Shown here piece after piece: positions 10,619 to 20,190 of a DNA stretch of 64,000 bases. The stretch's first letter is position 1. Every line of letters begins with the position of its first letter. The notes beneath the pieces are model-generated. The model searched no databases, was not told the origin of the DNA, and saw nothing but the letters and a program-made list of their open reading frames with translations. The position numbers and the translations under genes were made by a program. The DNA is from Candidatus Thorarchaeota archaeon (lineage in GTDB: Archaea > Asgardarchaeota > Thorarchaeia > Thorarchaeales > Thorarchaeaceae): contig DXJO01000020.1 of NCBI GenBank assembly GCA_019057475.1, positions 1 to 64,000 of the forward strand, given 5' to 3'.

Positions 10619-11539
10619 CTACGTTCCCCACATACTGTCTACCCAAGCACCCAAACCTGAAAGCGCGCCACTCTTGACACAGTCGGAAAAATCCTCGTGC
10701 CACTCGGCTCGTATGAACCGTATCAGGTCTGGAAGCTGTCCGCCTTCCCACCCTATCGCTTCATACAGGTTTCTTGCAGTCAGAGCAGCAGGTGCACCCA
10801 GTTCTCTAGCAAGATGTATCCTTGATAGAAGAGTCACGGCCCGTCTAGCTGCATGGACATAGCTGTCAATTTCCTCATCAAACACATCGTGTGTGAGCTT
10901 CTCAGCCTCATCGTCGAGCTTCATAACTGAGGTTATGATATGCTCCGACACATTGAGTCCGCGAAGGGATTTCTTCAGAAGACGCCTGATTCGCTCCAGT
11001 GACTGACGCTTTCGTGTGATTATCTTGCTCACGATGCGCTTTTCAAGGTCTAGACTTCCAGCACCTGACTGTACGAGTGAAAACCTGATAGACGACGGTG
11101 AATTCACTCGAAGTACTCCGCAATTCTCAGAACTCTGTAGAATACGAGTGACACCATCCTGCAATGTTTCTTCAGTCACATGTACACCGAGGACGGTTGC
11201 ACCAAGAGGCATAGCAATAATCCAACCCGAGAAGCGACTGATGCGGTCCAAGGCCAATCTGAGATTGGCTGAAAGGCAGCAGACAATAGTCCTGCTTACT
11301 TCATAGTCATGCCGTTCCTCCTCCCATACCGACAGAATCTCTCCCTCTGACGTGAAATCGCGCCAGAACGTGATTTTATGGCGATGGGGGCAGAGCATTG
11401 GAATACTGTTAGCAATATCATCCACTAGCTCGATGTCCTCTCCCGCTACAATGATGGGGAGACGAGAAAGTACTGCATTCAATAGAAGTGGGAACTTATC
11501 ACCCATCAGCTCAATCATTCTCATTATGGAATATGTCAT
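10619..11539 (-). CDS. Hypothetical protein with DENN-like (cDENN/folliculin-type) N-terminal domain
   Basis: LLLNAVLSRLPIIVAGEDIELVDDIANSIPMLCP matches the helix-strand-helix-Pro pattern of the cDENN core; lies between Roadblock and GTPase genes. Confidence 0.6.
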   Translation of the reverse strand: MTYSIMRMIELMGDKFPLLLNAVLSRLPIIVAGEDIELVDDIANSIPMLCPHRHKITFWRDFTSEGEILSVWEEERHDYEVSRTIVCCLSANLRLALDRISRFSGWIIAMPLGATVLGVHVTEETLQDGVTRILQSSENCGVLRVNSPSSIRFSLVQSGAGSLDLEKRIVSKIITRKRQSLERIRRLLKKSLRGLNVSEHIITSVMKLDDEAEKLTHDVFDEEIDSYVHAARRAVTLLSRIHLARELGAPAALTARNLYEAIGWEGGQLPDLIRFIRAEWHEDFSDCVKSGALSGLGAWVDSMWGT

Positions 11540-12483
11540 GGATCTCGCCTCGTGAGAAGTAGACTCTCTGTGGAGCCACCGGACATCAGCAGCTCCTTCA
11601 AATCATCAGGAATTGCAGGTTTCATCATTGATGCTGTTTCTAGTATCCGTCGGGCTTCTTCGATATAGTGCTTCAATAAGAGCCTCATAAGACCGAGTTT
11701 CTGACTATTACGATCTATCCACAAACCGAAGACTCCATTCGGAACTGAGTAGATGACATGGCGCGTCCGTTCGGTTTCGCACAGCACTGTTTGAAGTGAG
11801 CTATTACGTAGGGTGCGAGTTACTCGCTCGGATGCATCATATAGAGCAAAAGACATTGCTGCGAGCCGATCATTTGCGAATGCTTCTAGTGAAACGCGAA
11901 CTCCTCCACTTAAAGCCAGAAAGACCGATTCGATGCCTGGAATGCTATCATGAACCTGTCGCAAAATAGTTCTGAGAGCAAGAGCTTGAGATCGATTCAA
12001 GGTTATTATTGATCGTGAAATAGAATACGTTGCTTGACTGCCTTCAGCCACTGCGAACCTGCTCAACACCCGCTGTGTTTCGTCCATATTATACGAACGT
12101 AGTGGCGGAAGTCTGCCGTCCAAATGCTGTTTCAAAAGGAAGGATATGCGCGATAGACTATCCTTCATCTCGATGAATAGGGCTGCAAGGTTGACTCTTG
12201 GCGCGGTGGTGATGGCTAAGAAATAGTCAGGATCATTTGGGAGTGATGCCAAGAAGATCTTCGAGGTTTCCGATTCCATAAGAAGGTACTTGAAATCCCC
12301 ATGGATTAGTTTCGCCACGCCGAATATTGCGCAGGTAGATGCCGCAACTGCGAATACCTCCTCCTTGCTGAACCATACTCCTGCACTGGCAACCGGAAGA
12401 CCGTCCTTTTGGATCATAATAACATTTTCGACACCTGATATTACCTTGATAGCTTGCAGTGCATCGTTAAGGTCGTTGGTCAA
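11536..12483 (-). CDS. Tandem Roadblock/LC7 (MglB-like) domain protein
   Basis: Two repeats of helix-GV/GI-x-strand-DG/GG-strand-helix(AA)-three strands-helix (GVENVIMIQKDGLPVAS...NLAALF; GIESVFLALSGGVRVS...KLGLMRL). Confidence 0.85.
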   Translation of the reverse strand: MTNDLNDALQAIKVISGVENVIMIQKDGLPVASAGVWFSKEEVFAVAASTCAIFGVAKLIHGDFKYLLMESETSKIFLASLPNDPDYFLAITTAPRVNLAALFIEMKDSLSRISFLLKQHLDGRLPPLRSYNMDETQRVLSRFAVAEGSQATYSISRSIITLNRSQALALRTILRQVHDSIPGIESVFLALSGGVRVSLEAFANDRLAAMSFALYDASERVTRTLRNSSLQTVLCETERTRHVIYSVPNGVFGLWIDRNSQKLGLMRLLLKHYIEEARRILETASMMKPAIPDDLKELLMSGGSTESLLLTRRDP

Positions 12484-12675
12484 GTGTTCAGCTCCATAGC
12501 GGATACTAGATTCAATGTAGAATCCTTGGGGTCACTATTTAATCTCCACACAGGTTGGACATTATCGAAGGTGAAGCACAAGACTCCAGCTAATTCCTCA
12601 TGGACAATCAGTTAAGCGGACTCCTGTACACGTGCAGTGCTTCGTCATGCAAGATGATTGTATAGGGAATGCAAC

Positions 12676-12990
12676 AGCTGCCAAGAACTAGTACAATCTT
12701 AGACGTTTTGTAGATGGTTATAACATACTGCTCAGGATTGAGTGGTGTGGATGTTCAATGCTGATTGCTAGGGCATTCAAGTATGAACCGGACCCAAACA
12801 ACCAGCAGTGATCTGAACGCTGCATGTAATCTTGTCGCCGCCAGTTGGATGGAAACAGAAAACGCCTGTGGAGAGGACGTGAAACTAGTCGCAGATTCAG
12901 TAGGATGTGCAGAGCAGACCTCAATGAATCAGGAACCGAACATCAGTCAAGGACCTTGATGTCCAGTATTGTACAAGTTTCAGGCAACGG
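12676..12990 (+). mobile_element. Non-autonomous IS607-like element with internally deleted tnpB
   Basis: 12758-12811 encodes MLIARAFKYEPDPNNQQ* (TnpB N-terminus), joined out of frame to DLNAACNL..ASWMETENACGEDV..SMNQEP (TnpB C-terminus); ends TTGTACAAGTTTCAGGCAACGG; both ends collinear with 61078-61254. Confidence 0.8.
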
Positions 12991-13000
12991 AATGCCTAAG

Positions 13001-14296
13001 TCACATGTGAATTAGTGCGGCATCTGGAACTTCTTGAAAGACTTCACGTGCCGCCCTTCCCACCTCAGCCCGGTTCCGATCAAAAGTGTATACGCGAATT
13101 ACATCAAGGTATACTTTCATCATCTCGGCGATGTTGGAGTATTCCGAGAGGTTGTGTGATACCTTTTTTCCATCAATGACTTGGAAGATGCCAATCTCCA
13201 TTGGATTCACTTGGTGCGGATTATATGGCACAGACGGCAGAGTTGGAACATCAACAATAACCTCATCAGTTGGAACATTGGCGCTTGATGCAATCTCCTC
13301 TTGTATACTCTCTCGCACCTTACGTTTGGTCAGTATCTTGGACACGAATCTGTCATCTGTATGGAGTACTTTCTCAAATACGGACTTGTAGAATATCCGT
13401 GAATCCAACATCTGAACCAGCTCAGCAGTTTCCTTGGCTTCGTCAGACTCGGATGGATTGATTCCTCGCAGCCTGGAAATTAGTGACATATCATCCAGTG
13501 CCAAAAACTCCTCGGGCGTTGAGAAGGCTGTGAGTCCGAGTAGGTCATCTGCAGTATGCATCAGTTTTACCAGCAGCACTTCAACACTGCGTACAGTCTT
13601 GTGGTAGTATACGTTCAAGAACATCTCATACCTCGCCACGAGAAATGACTCTAGTGCACCTCTGGCTGCGATGTCAAACTCTATGAGGCCGCTTCCAGAC
13701 ACCTCGAGACTGTTTATCAGACGGTGAATGTCCACAAGCCCGTAGTTGACGCCGCAGTAGAACGAGTCCCGTATCAAGTAGTCCATCTTGTCGGCATCAA
13801 CCTGTCCTGCGACTATTCCGCTCACAACTGCATCTGTCTTAGTCTTCCTGCGGCCACGAACAAGATCGGCAATCCTGTCCCGAGACACTCCGCCATCCTC
13901 CAGCAGGTCTCCTAACTCACCTTTGCGGATTATCCATTCGGTAACATCCTCATGGTTCATGCCCCGTTTCTCTGTCAGAACTTCCTCAAACACATGGCTG
14001 AAAGGGCCATGACCTATGTCATGGAGTAAGCCGGCTATCCGCACCTCCTGAAGTGCATCTTTTCCAAGACCAATTTGACCTAGTAGTCGTCTACCTGCGA
14101 GACCGGCCAGGTACATTGCACCAATACAATGACCAAAGCGAGTGTGTTCGGCTGTGGGATAGACATAGTGTCCTCCCGAAAGTTGCTTGATTCTTCGGAG
14201 TCGCTGATAGGTTTCCGAGTCAATTATCTTCGACTCTAGCTCAGTCAGGCCAACGAAGCCATGAATCGGGTCGTTGATTTCCATAATGAAATCCAA
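13001..14296 (-). CDS. HD-domain phosphohydrolase (SAMHD1/dNTPase-like)
   Basis: DPIHG, QRLRRIKQL, HTRFGH, LLHDIGHGPFSH, DADKMDYLIRD, VYYHKT. Confidence 0.93.
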   Translation of the reverse strand: MDFIMEINDPIHGFVGLTELESKIIDSETYQRLRRIKQLSGGHYVYPTAEHTRFGHCIGAMYLAGLAGRRLLGQIGLGKDALQEVRIAGLLHDIGHGPFSHVFEEVLTEKRGMNHEDVTEWIIRKGELGDLLEDGGVSRDRIADLVRGRRKTKTDAVVSGIVAGQVDADKMDYLIRDSFYCGVNYGLVDIHRLINSLEVSGSGLIEFDIAARGALESFLVARYEMFLNVYYHKTVRSVEVLLVKLMHTADDLLGLTAFSTPEEFLALDDMSLISRLRGINPSESDEAKETAELVQMLDSRIFYKSVFEKVLHTDDRFVSKILTKRKVRESIQEEIASSANVPTDEVIVDVPTLPSVPYNPHQVNPMEIGIFQVIDGKKVSHNLSEYSNIAEMMKVYLDVIRVYTFDRNRAEVGRAAREVFQEVPDAALIHM

Positions 14297-14321
14297 ATCT
14301 AATCACCACATTATGATGAAT

Positions 14322-15065
14322 CTACATTTGAGGATTAAACTGCCGCACGACGCGGATAAGCTCTTCTGTAGACTCGATTTCCGATACACATAGAGGTAGG
14401 TGAATACTATCTGCAATTGTCACTGCAAGGGGGTCAAGCTCTTTGACTCCCTGTAGTATCACAACCGCAGGTTTCACAGCGATTGATGTCCCTATTTGAC
14501 TTGCTTTGATGGCAACCATCGGGGACCGTCCTGACGAAACATTCGTGAGAATGGCAGCTCGCTGGGTTGTGCCACCATACAGACGAAGAAGCTGCTTGGG
14601 TGTGAGTGTAACAATGGCTTTTACACTATCAAGCGCAGTATAGCCATAGATGTTACGATCAAGCAATCGCGGATGTGTCAGCACCTTGCATTCGAGTTTT
14701 TCAACTAGTAATCTGGCGGGAACAGGAACCCCAAACTCGCGACTGTCCAAGATTGCATCGGAGGCGATTTCAGGGGCTATCAGTTTCTCGAGTGTCACTG
14801 CCACCCGACCACCTTCAGCAGCATCCATCTCTATCAAGCCTTCAACAAACCTGCGGATTGTTTCGACTCTAGGCGATTTCCTTCGTCCACTCTCATAGTC
14901 GCTGATGACAGAGGGCGAAACCTCTAGGTGTTTTGCTAGGTTTTTTTGAGAGATTTTGAAGCGCTCTCGCCACCTTCGCATAACTGCTCCTGGATTATCC
15001 TCTGCAAGGCATATCTCACCAGCCATTGCTTTGGCAAGCCTATGGAGCGTTTCACCTGCATCCAT
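14322..15065 (-). CDS. Archaeal XRE-HTH transcriptional regulator (COG1709-like)
   Basis: AGEI..PG..MRRWRE, SPSVISDYESGRRKSP, GYTALDS, GRSPMVAIK. Confidence 0.85.
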   Translation of the reverse strand: MDAGETLHRLAKAMAGEICLAEDNPGAVMRRWRERFKISQKNLAKHLEVSPSVISDYESGRRKSPRVETIRRFVEGLIEMDAAEGGRVAVTLEKLIAPEIASDAILDSREFGVPVPARLLVEKLECKVLTHPRLLDRNIYGYTALDSVKAIVTLTPKQLLRLYGGTTQRAAILTNVSSGRSPMVAIKASQIGTSIAVKPAVVILQGVKELDPLAVTIADSIHLPLCVSEIESTEELIRVVRQFNPQM

Positions 15066-15224
15066 ATTTGAACTCCAGAGTGTATCGCAGATAAGAGTTG
15101 TGTGGAAGCCGACTTAGATTTCGTCAACTGACGACATACAGCTGTCAAATGACTGTACACAGAGTATTCTCGCTTCTTGTAAGTGGTACCGAAGAACTCA
15201 AAGAGCGTTAGGAGTCACACGAAG

Positions 15225-16007
15225 ATGAGTCCACAAATGTTCTTTACATTTCTAGTTGGCACTGCAGGCTCCGGCAAATCACTACTCACCGCATCACTGG
15301 AGAAATGGTTACTTGCCTCTGAGATGAGTGTGACGATAGTAAACCTTGACCCGGGCGTGGAGGAGCCGCCATACACGAGTGATGTTGATATTAGAGAGTA
15401 TGTTAACTATGGCGAAGTCATGCATCAGTTCGGCCTAGGACCAAATGGTGCCTTGGTCGCATCATTAGATATGGCAGTCAGTCACGTCAATGATTTGAGA
15501 GAGGAGATACTAGATACTGGTAGGGACTACGTATTGGTGGACTGCCCGGGACAGATGGAGCTCTTTGCATACCGCAACTCCGGGCCAATGTTGGTGTCGA
15601 GTCTTAGTGGTAGAGATCCAGCCCTTTCGCTATATCTTCTTGATTCAAACATTGCCAGTACTCCTACAGGGTATCTGTCATCAATGCTGCTTGGAATGTC
15701 AATCAACATCCGCTTTGGATTGCCTCAGTTGAATGTTCTGAGCAAGCCAGACATACTGACAGAAGAACAAATGGAACAGGTAGTTGAGTGGGCAGAAGAA
15801 CCCCATACCCTAAATGATGCTCTCAACATGTCAGCGAGCGGTCTAGCTCGCGAGTATTCTGCATCGATACTAAGGATGATGGAGGACTTAGGAGGTGTGA
15901 CACGCTTAGTGCCCGTGTCAGCCAAGGAGATGACTGGTATCGATATCCTTTACGGAGAACTTCAGCGAGTGTTTGCAGGTGGGGAGGACTACGTAACATA
16001 TGAATAG
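15225..16007 (+). CDS. GPN-loop GTPase
   Basis: GTAGSGKS, VNLDPG, GLGPNGAL, DCPGQMELF, LSKPD. Confidence 0.93.
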   Translation: MSPQMFFTFLVGTAGSGKSLLTASLEKWLLASEMSVTIVNLDPGVEEPPYTSDVDIREYVNYGEVMHQFGLGPNGALVASLDMAVSHVNDLREEILDTGRDYVLVDCPGQMELFAYRNSGPMLVSSLSGRDPALSLYLLDSNIASTPTGYLSSMLLGMSINIRFGLPQLNVLSKPDILTEEQMEQVVEWAEEPHTLNDALNMSASGLAREYSASILRMMEDLGGVTRLVPVSAKEMTGIDILYGELQRVFAGGEDYVTYE

Positions 16008-17043
16008 GAATGCGTCGACCAATTGGTACTTCGCGATTGTTTCTGGTGAGAATGCAGAGTTAGCCCGAGTCGAGATTGAAACCCTTCTTCAGATGGTTGA
16101 CTCGAAATACGAGATTTCCTGGCATGAGAATGTGGCCATCATTGAGGGATTGCAGGACCCAACTGATTTTTTGCTGCAGAGAGCGGCCTTATTGAAAGAA
16201 GCTGGAATGATAGTTTTTGAAACAGATTCACTGGATGGTGCAGCTCTTGAGATACCAGATGAGCTGCTGAAATCCAGCATAGGTAATAATGAAACCTTTT
16301 GTATCCGAACTAAATCGTTTCCGCCGGGTAGGAAAACTGAAACTAGAGGACGTCTTGTCATTGAGCTAGGCGACAAGATTCAACGAACTACAGGTGCAAA
16401 AGTTCACTTGGAGAACCCGGACATACGAGTCCTTGTTCTGGTGCTGTCTGATAGAGTCCTGATCTGTACATCCGAGGAGTCACAACTGCGTGGGCAGCTA
16501 AGAGGGAGAAGACCTGGGAGAAAGCCATTCTTCCATCCAAGCATGATGAATGCCTTATTGGCCAGGACTATGTGCAACTTAGCTCGTGTCATGCCAAACG
16601 AAAATGTGCTCGACCCATTCTGCGGTGGAGGGGGAATATTGTGTGAGATTGCCTCCATTGGTGCCAGACCGATTGGACTGGAGCTTAACTGGCGTCTCTT
16701 GAAAGGTGCTTCGATGAATCTTGCCGGTATTCAAGACAGTGACTATAGCTTGATTCAGGGGGATGCCAGGAGTCTTCCTATCAAAAAATGTCATCATGTG
16801 GTTACAGATCCTCCATATGGTAGAGCTAGCTCCACCCGAGGGGAAAAGGCTGTGCGATTAGTTACCGCCTTACTTGAAAACGCTGAAGAAACCATTCTAC
16901 CTGGTGGCAGCATATGTACCTGTCATAGTAGTGAGATGGGAATTCCGGATGTCATTCGGCAGCTTGGCTTTGAGATTGAATATCAGATACGGTTCCGTGT
17001 GCACAGTGGACTCGTTCGTGAAGTGATTACTATCAACTTTTAG
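16000..17043 (+). CDS. trm11: tRNA m2G10 methyltransferase (THUMP + Rossmann)
   Basis: VHLENPD (THUMP), PFFHPSMM, VLDPFCGGGG, TDPPYGR. Confidence 0.88.
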   Translation: MNRNASTNWYFAIVSGENAELARVEIETLLQMVDSKYEISWHENVAIIEGLQDPTDFLLQRAALLKEAGMIVFETDSLDGAALEIPDELLKSSIGNNETFCIRTKSFPPGRKTETRGRLVIELGDKIQRTTGAKVHLENPDIRVLVLVLSDRVLICTSEESQLRGQLRGRRPGRKPFFHPSMMNALLARTMCNLARVMPNENVLDPFCGGGGILCEIASIGARPIGLELNWRLLKGASMNLAGIQDSDYSLIQGDARSLPIKKCHHVVTDPPYGRASSTRGEKAVRLVTALLENAEETILPGGSICTCHSSEMGIPDVIRQLGFEIEYQIRFRVHSGLVREVITINF

Positions 17044-17471
17044 TGATCAGCCATCCTACCGCTCAAGGTACGAGGTGTGAACCAATTGAGGAAATTCTCG
17101 AATTCGGAGGTGCTCTGAAACCTGATGGCAATCTCAATGAAGCCTAGAGGAGGGGTTTCTTGAGCGTCGTCAACCACTCTAAGCTTGTCTACGCAAGCAG
17201 CCTGCTTTTCGAAACATAGGCGTGTCATTGTATTCAAGTCATCCCAGTTTGCTACCAGCCGTTTCCGTACAACGTCGATTATTCGGAGTTCATGAATACG
17301 CTGGCGGATTGATGACAATGAGCTTGGATCATTCCAGAGTGCTTTCAGTTCAATGTGATTTTCCGTTTCTTGTTCCTCAGGCTTTTGAGTTAGGAATAAG
17401 TTGGCAAGTGCAGTTTCAACCGAATGTTTGTCCTCTGTGGGAAACACAGGACAGCATACGGTCACTTCCAT
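17040..17471 (-). CDS. UPF0201/DUF54 putative RNA-binding protein
   Basis: PVFPTED, KQAA, PPLG.I, W..P.T..G motifs; paired with a UPF0200 kinase. Confidence 0.82.
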   Translation of the reverse strand: MEVTVCCPVFPTEDKHSVETALANLFLTQKPEEQETENHIELKALWNDPSSLSSIRQRIHELRIIDVVRKRLVANWDDLNTMTRLCFEKQAACVDKLRVVDDAQETPPLGFIEIAIRFQSTSEFENFLNWFTPRTLSGRMADH

Positions 17472-17472
17472 C

Positions 17473-18012
17473 TCAAAGGAACCTCTTGACCACGTTTTGC
17501 GAAAGCTCGTGCAGTTCGTCTACAGTGCCCTCGTTGACAAGCATTATGTCACTAAGGGCGATGACTCCGCCAAGACCTACTGATATCTCTCTAATGTCGC
17601 GCTCTCTGAAGACTGACCAGTCACTCGGGTCGTCATCGCGACCGCGCTCTCTCAATCTCTCGAATCTAGTAGCGGGGGATGCATGCACACAGACAGTTAT
17701 GACCTTCTTAGCATAGTCGTCAAAGACCTGAATCTCTGCTACGCTTCTGCACCCCTCAACGACTACTAGTTCTGCCGTTGTCTGCTTCAAATCATCTATG
17801 CATTGCATGGCTACTGCCCCCGGACCGTTCTCGTCCCTCAGCTCTAGCATTACCTTCTTAGTGTTCGCTGGATCGGGTTCAAGTCCTCTTTTGCGGACTT
17901 CCTCCCGGATCACATCTCCCATGACAATTACGGGGACATCGGCATTGCGAAATGTATCAGCAACCTCACTCTTCCCAGCTCCGGGCATTCCTGTGACAAC
18001 TACCAGCTTCAT
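17473..18012 (-). CDS. UPF0200 P-loop kinase (dephospho-CoA kinase-like)
   Basis: VTGMPGAGKS, MGDVIREE, EGCRS, RFERL..RGR.DD, ERD.RE. Confidence 0.85.
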   Translation of the reverse strand: MKLVVVTGMPGAGKSEVADTFRNADVPVIVMGDVIREEVRKRGLEPDPANTKKVMLELRDENGPGAVAMQCIDDLKQTTAELVVVEGCRSVAEIQVFDDYAKKVITVCVHASPATRFERLRERGRDDDPSDWSVFRERDIREISVGLGGVIALSDIMLVNEGTVDELHELSQNVVKRFL

Positions 18013-18055
18013 GGTATCTCCACCACCTCGTCAGAATAGGCTCCAATAGGCTTTT

Positions 18056-19201
18056 TCATATCGCATAGTCAGGTACATGCTTCACCTTAATCTTATCGAG
18101 AATGCTGAGAACAGTGTTTCGAGTGATTGAAGAATGATCCTCCGATATTGCTGAATGGAGTGCCTCCTTCAATACACGGTTTCTCAGATCCCTTCCAGAT
18201 AACCCTTCAGTCCTCGAGGCAACAAGTTGCAGGTCTATGTCTATTGGGAGAGGGAGTCGTGCTGCATACATCTCCAGTATCCTCAGTCGTTCTATGCTAT
18301 CAGGCAACTTAAACTCAAAAACTGTATCGAATCTACTACGTAGAGCCGGATCAATCAGCATGAAGGCATTGGTCGCGCCAATTACGACAACGCCGGATCC
18401 TTCATCCGTTTTATCCAGCTCACCGAGAAGTGCAGTCACGACTTCCGAAACATCACCCCTGATTGATTGGAAAGAACGAGCTAACCCTATGGCGTCCAGC
18501 TCGTCAATGAACACAATGCTTGGTGAAGTATTCCGCGCATCCTCGAAAAGGGCACTGATTCTCCTACCCCCATCGCCTACATGGACACCTATTAGATCTG
18601 ATGCTTTAACAAGGAAAATACGTGCGTTGGCCTCACTTGCCATGGCCTTTGCTAGCATTGTTTTCCCTGTGCCGGGCGGGCCATGAAATAGAAGCGCTCT
18701 TGGTGCCCATTCTCCATAGCGTGCAGGGGTTTCAAGGTAGTTCAGAATGACTCGGCATTTTTTCTTCACGGTTTCATGTCCCACAACATCATCAAGACTA
18801 GTTTTTCGACTGGGAGTGTTACTGGAACTGATGCTGGAGTCAAGTCGTATCACTGTGTCGTTAGTCACGATAGACTCTACGGGGTCGACTTCTGTTACTT
18901 GAAACGCGAAATCCGGCATGACGTATCTGTCAAAGAGATATTGTCCCTTCTTGATTACACATCCAATCCATTGCTCGCGGGCATAGTCTGCAAATAGTTC
19001 AGCATTGTCAGTTTCGACGCCCATAGCTCGTGGGTCCCCTTTTAGCCTGAATGGAAAAGCTGCGCCTCGCAGCACCAGTAGTCTTGCACTTGGTATATCC
19101 AATCCGCCTATACGAGCGATTTTCTTTGTACTTTCCCGTGATGCTACGGGCTGTTCAACTCCGGATTCTTTACGCTTTGTCAACTTCTTGTGTGCCACCA
19201 A
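18056..19201 (-). CDS. Archaeal AAA+ ATPase (COG1223-like)
   Basis: YAREQW.G N-domain, GPPGTGKT, VFIDELD, ATN..DPALRSRF. Confidence 0.88.
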   Translation of the reverse strand: MVAHKKLTKRKESGVEQPVASRESTKKIARIGGLDIPSARLLVLRGAAFPFRLKGDPRAMGVETDNAELFADYAREQWIGCVIKKGQYLFDRYVMPDFAFQVTEVDPVESIVTNDTVIRLDSSISSSNTPSRKTSLDDVVGHETVKKKCRVILNYLETPARYGEWAPRALLFHGPPGTGKTMLAKAMASEANARIFLVKASDLIGVHVGDGGRRISALFEDARNTSPSIVFIDELDAIGLARSFQSIRGDVSEVVTALLGELDKTDEGSGVVVIGATNAFMLIDPALRSRFDTVFEFKLPDSIERLRILEMYAARLPLPIDIDLQLVASRTEGLSGRDLRNRVLKEALHSAISEDHSSITRNTVLSILDKIKVKHVPDYAI

Positions 19202-19302
19202 CGTGCCGTTCTTTGATGTTCCTTTAAGAGTTGCCTTAGCTACCCCAAATCGTCATGGTAATATTGGGGCTGGGAGTTTGAATCTGTGTTCAAGGTGATG
19301 TT

Positions 19303-19875
19303 TTGACTGAAACTGTGAGAGTATTCTTGAGCGTGGATATTGAGGATGAGAGGCATCTCTCTCGAATAGCCTGCATACAGAACAAGCTGGATCGTGATGC
19401 GGCGAAAATGAAGCTGATTGAACTAGAGAACGTCCACTTCACATGGAAATTCTTTGGGGATACACTGATTTCAAAGGTAGAGTCCATACGCAATGAACTA
19501 GAGCAGATTAAGTTCAGTCCATTCACGATTCGGATTGGAGGTGTGGGCGCCTTTCCAAGCATAAGAAAACCCAGAGTAATATGGATTGGAGTGACGCACA
19601 ACGCAGACGCCATGCGTGAACTGAAAAGTATGACAGATGATAGGCTTGGCAATCTCGGGTATCCGCTCGAGAGAAGAGAATTCACACCCCATGCCACGAT
19701 TGCAAGAGTGCGAACCGTAAGGGACAGAGATGCCATCTTGAGAAACCTTGAAGCGATATCACGTGAGTCGGTTGGAACCATGATTGTTGACGCGATTAGA
19801 ATGACGAAGAGCACGCTAACCCCTTCTGGTCCAATCTATGAAATGTTGTGGGAGATCACGGCAACAAAGGAATGA
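19303..19875 (+). CDS. thpR: RNA 2',3'-cyclic phosphodiesterase (2H family)
   Basis: Two HxT motifs (HFTW, HATI); GAFP..RKPRVIW. Confidence 0.92.
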   Translation: MTETVRVFLSVDIEDERHLSRIACIQNKLDRDAAKMKLIELENVHFTWKFFGDTLISKVESIRNELEQIKFSPFTIRIGGVGAFPSIRKPRVIWIGVTHNADAMRELKSMTDDRLGNLGYPLERREFTPHATIARVRTVRDRDAILRNLEAISRESVGTMIVDAIRMTKSTLTPSGPIYEMLWEITATKE

Positions 19876-19896
19876 CTAGAAACAGAGAGAAGAAAG

Positions 19897-20031
19897 TGGG
19901 CCGGGGGAGATTTGTTCCGAAGCAGAGCAGTCCTGCCACGCTTGAACTCCCGATCTCTTGCATTTTGTGACTTTGCACTCATGGCAGGAATCACCCCAAG
20001 CAAGAATCATACCAAGCTAGACTACCGACCC
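19897..20031 (-). tRNA. tRNA-Pro(GGG) with two introns (37/38: 19963-19993, 31 nt; T-loop 58/59: 19912-19941, 30 nt)
   Basis: Removing both introns gives GGGTCGG TA GTCT AGCTTGGTAT GAT T CTTGC TTGGGGT GCAAG AGATC GGGAG TTCAAAT CTCCC CCGGCCC A; bulge-helix-bulge-like structures at both junctions. Confidence 0.9.
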
Positions 20032-20190
20032 ATGAGTAGTTCAGGCGTTATTTGAGAGCAAAATAAAGGTTGCCACCTGCTGCGAATTTTAGAACACGTG
20101 TTCCAAGTAAGTGGATTCATCGGATTGTTTGGATAAGCCGTATTTCACAAAGAATAGAAGTGCCTAGGTTGACAGATGAAGATAGGGTAG

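Noticed and set aside
10602-10751. N-terminal extension of the GTPase in the ORF track
   Set aside because: Overlaps the upstream gene; SD and MglA alignment support TTG at 10601
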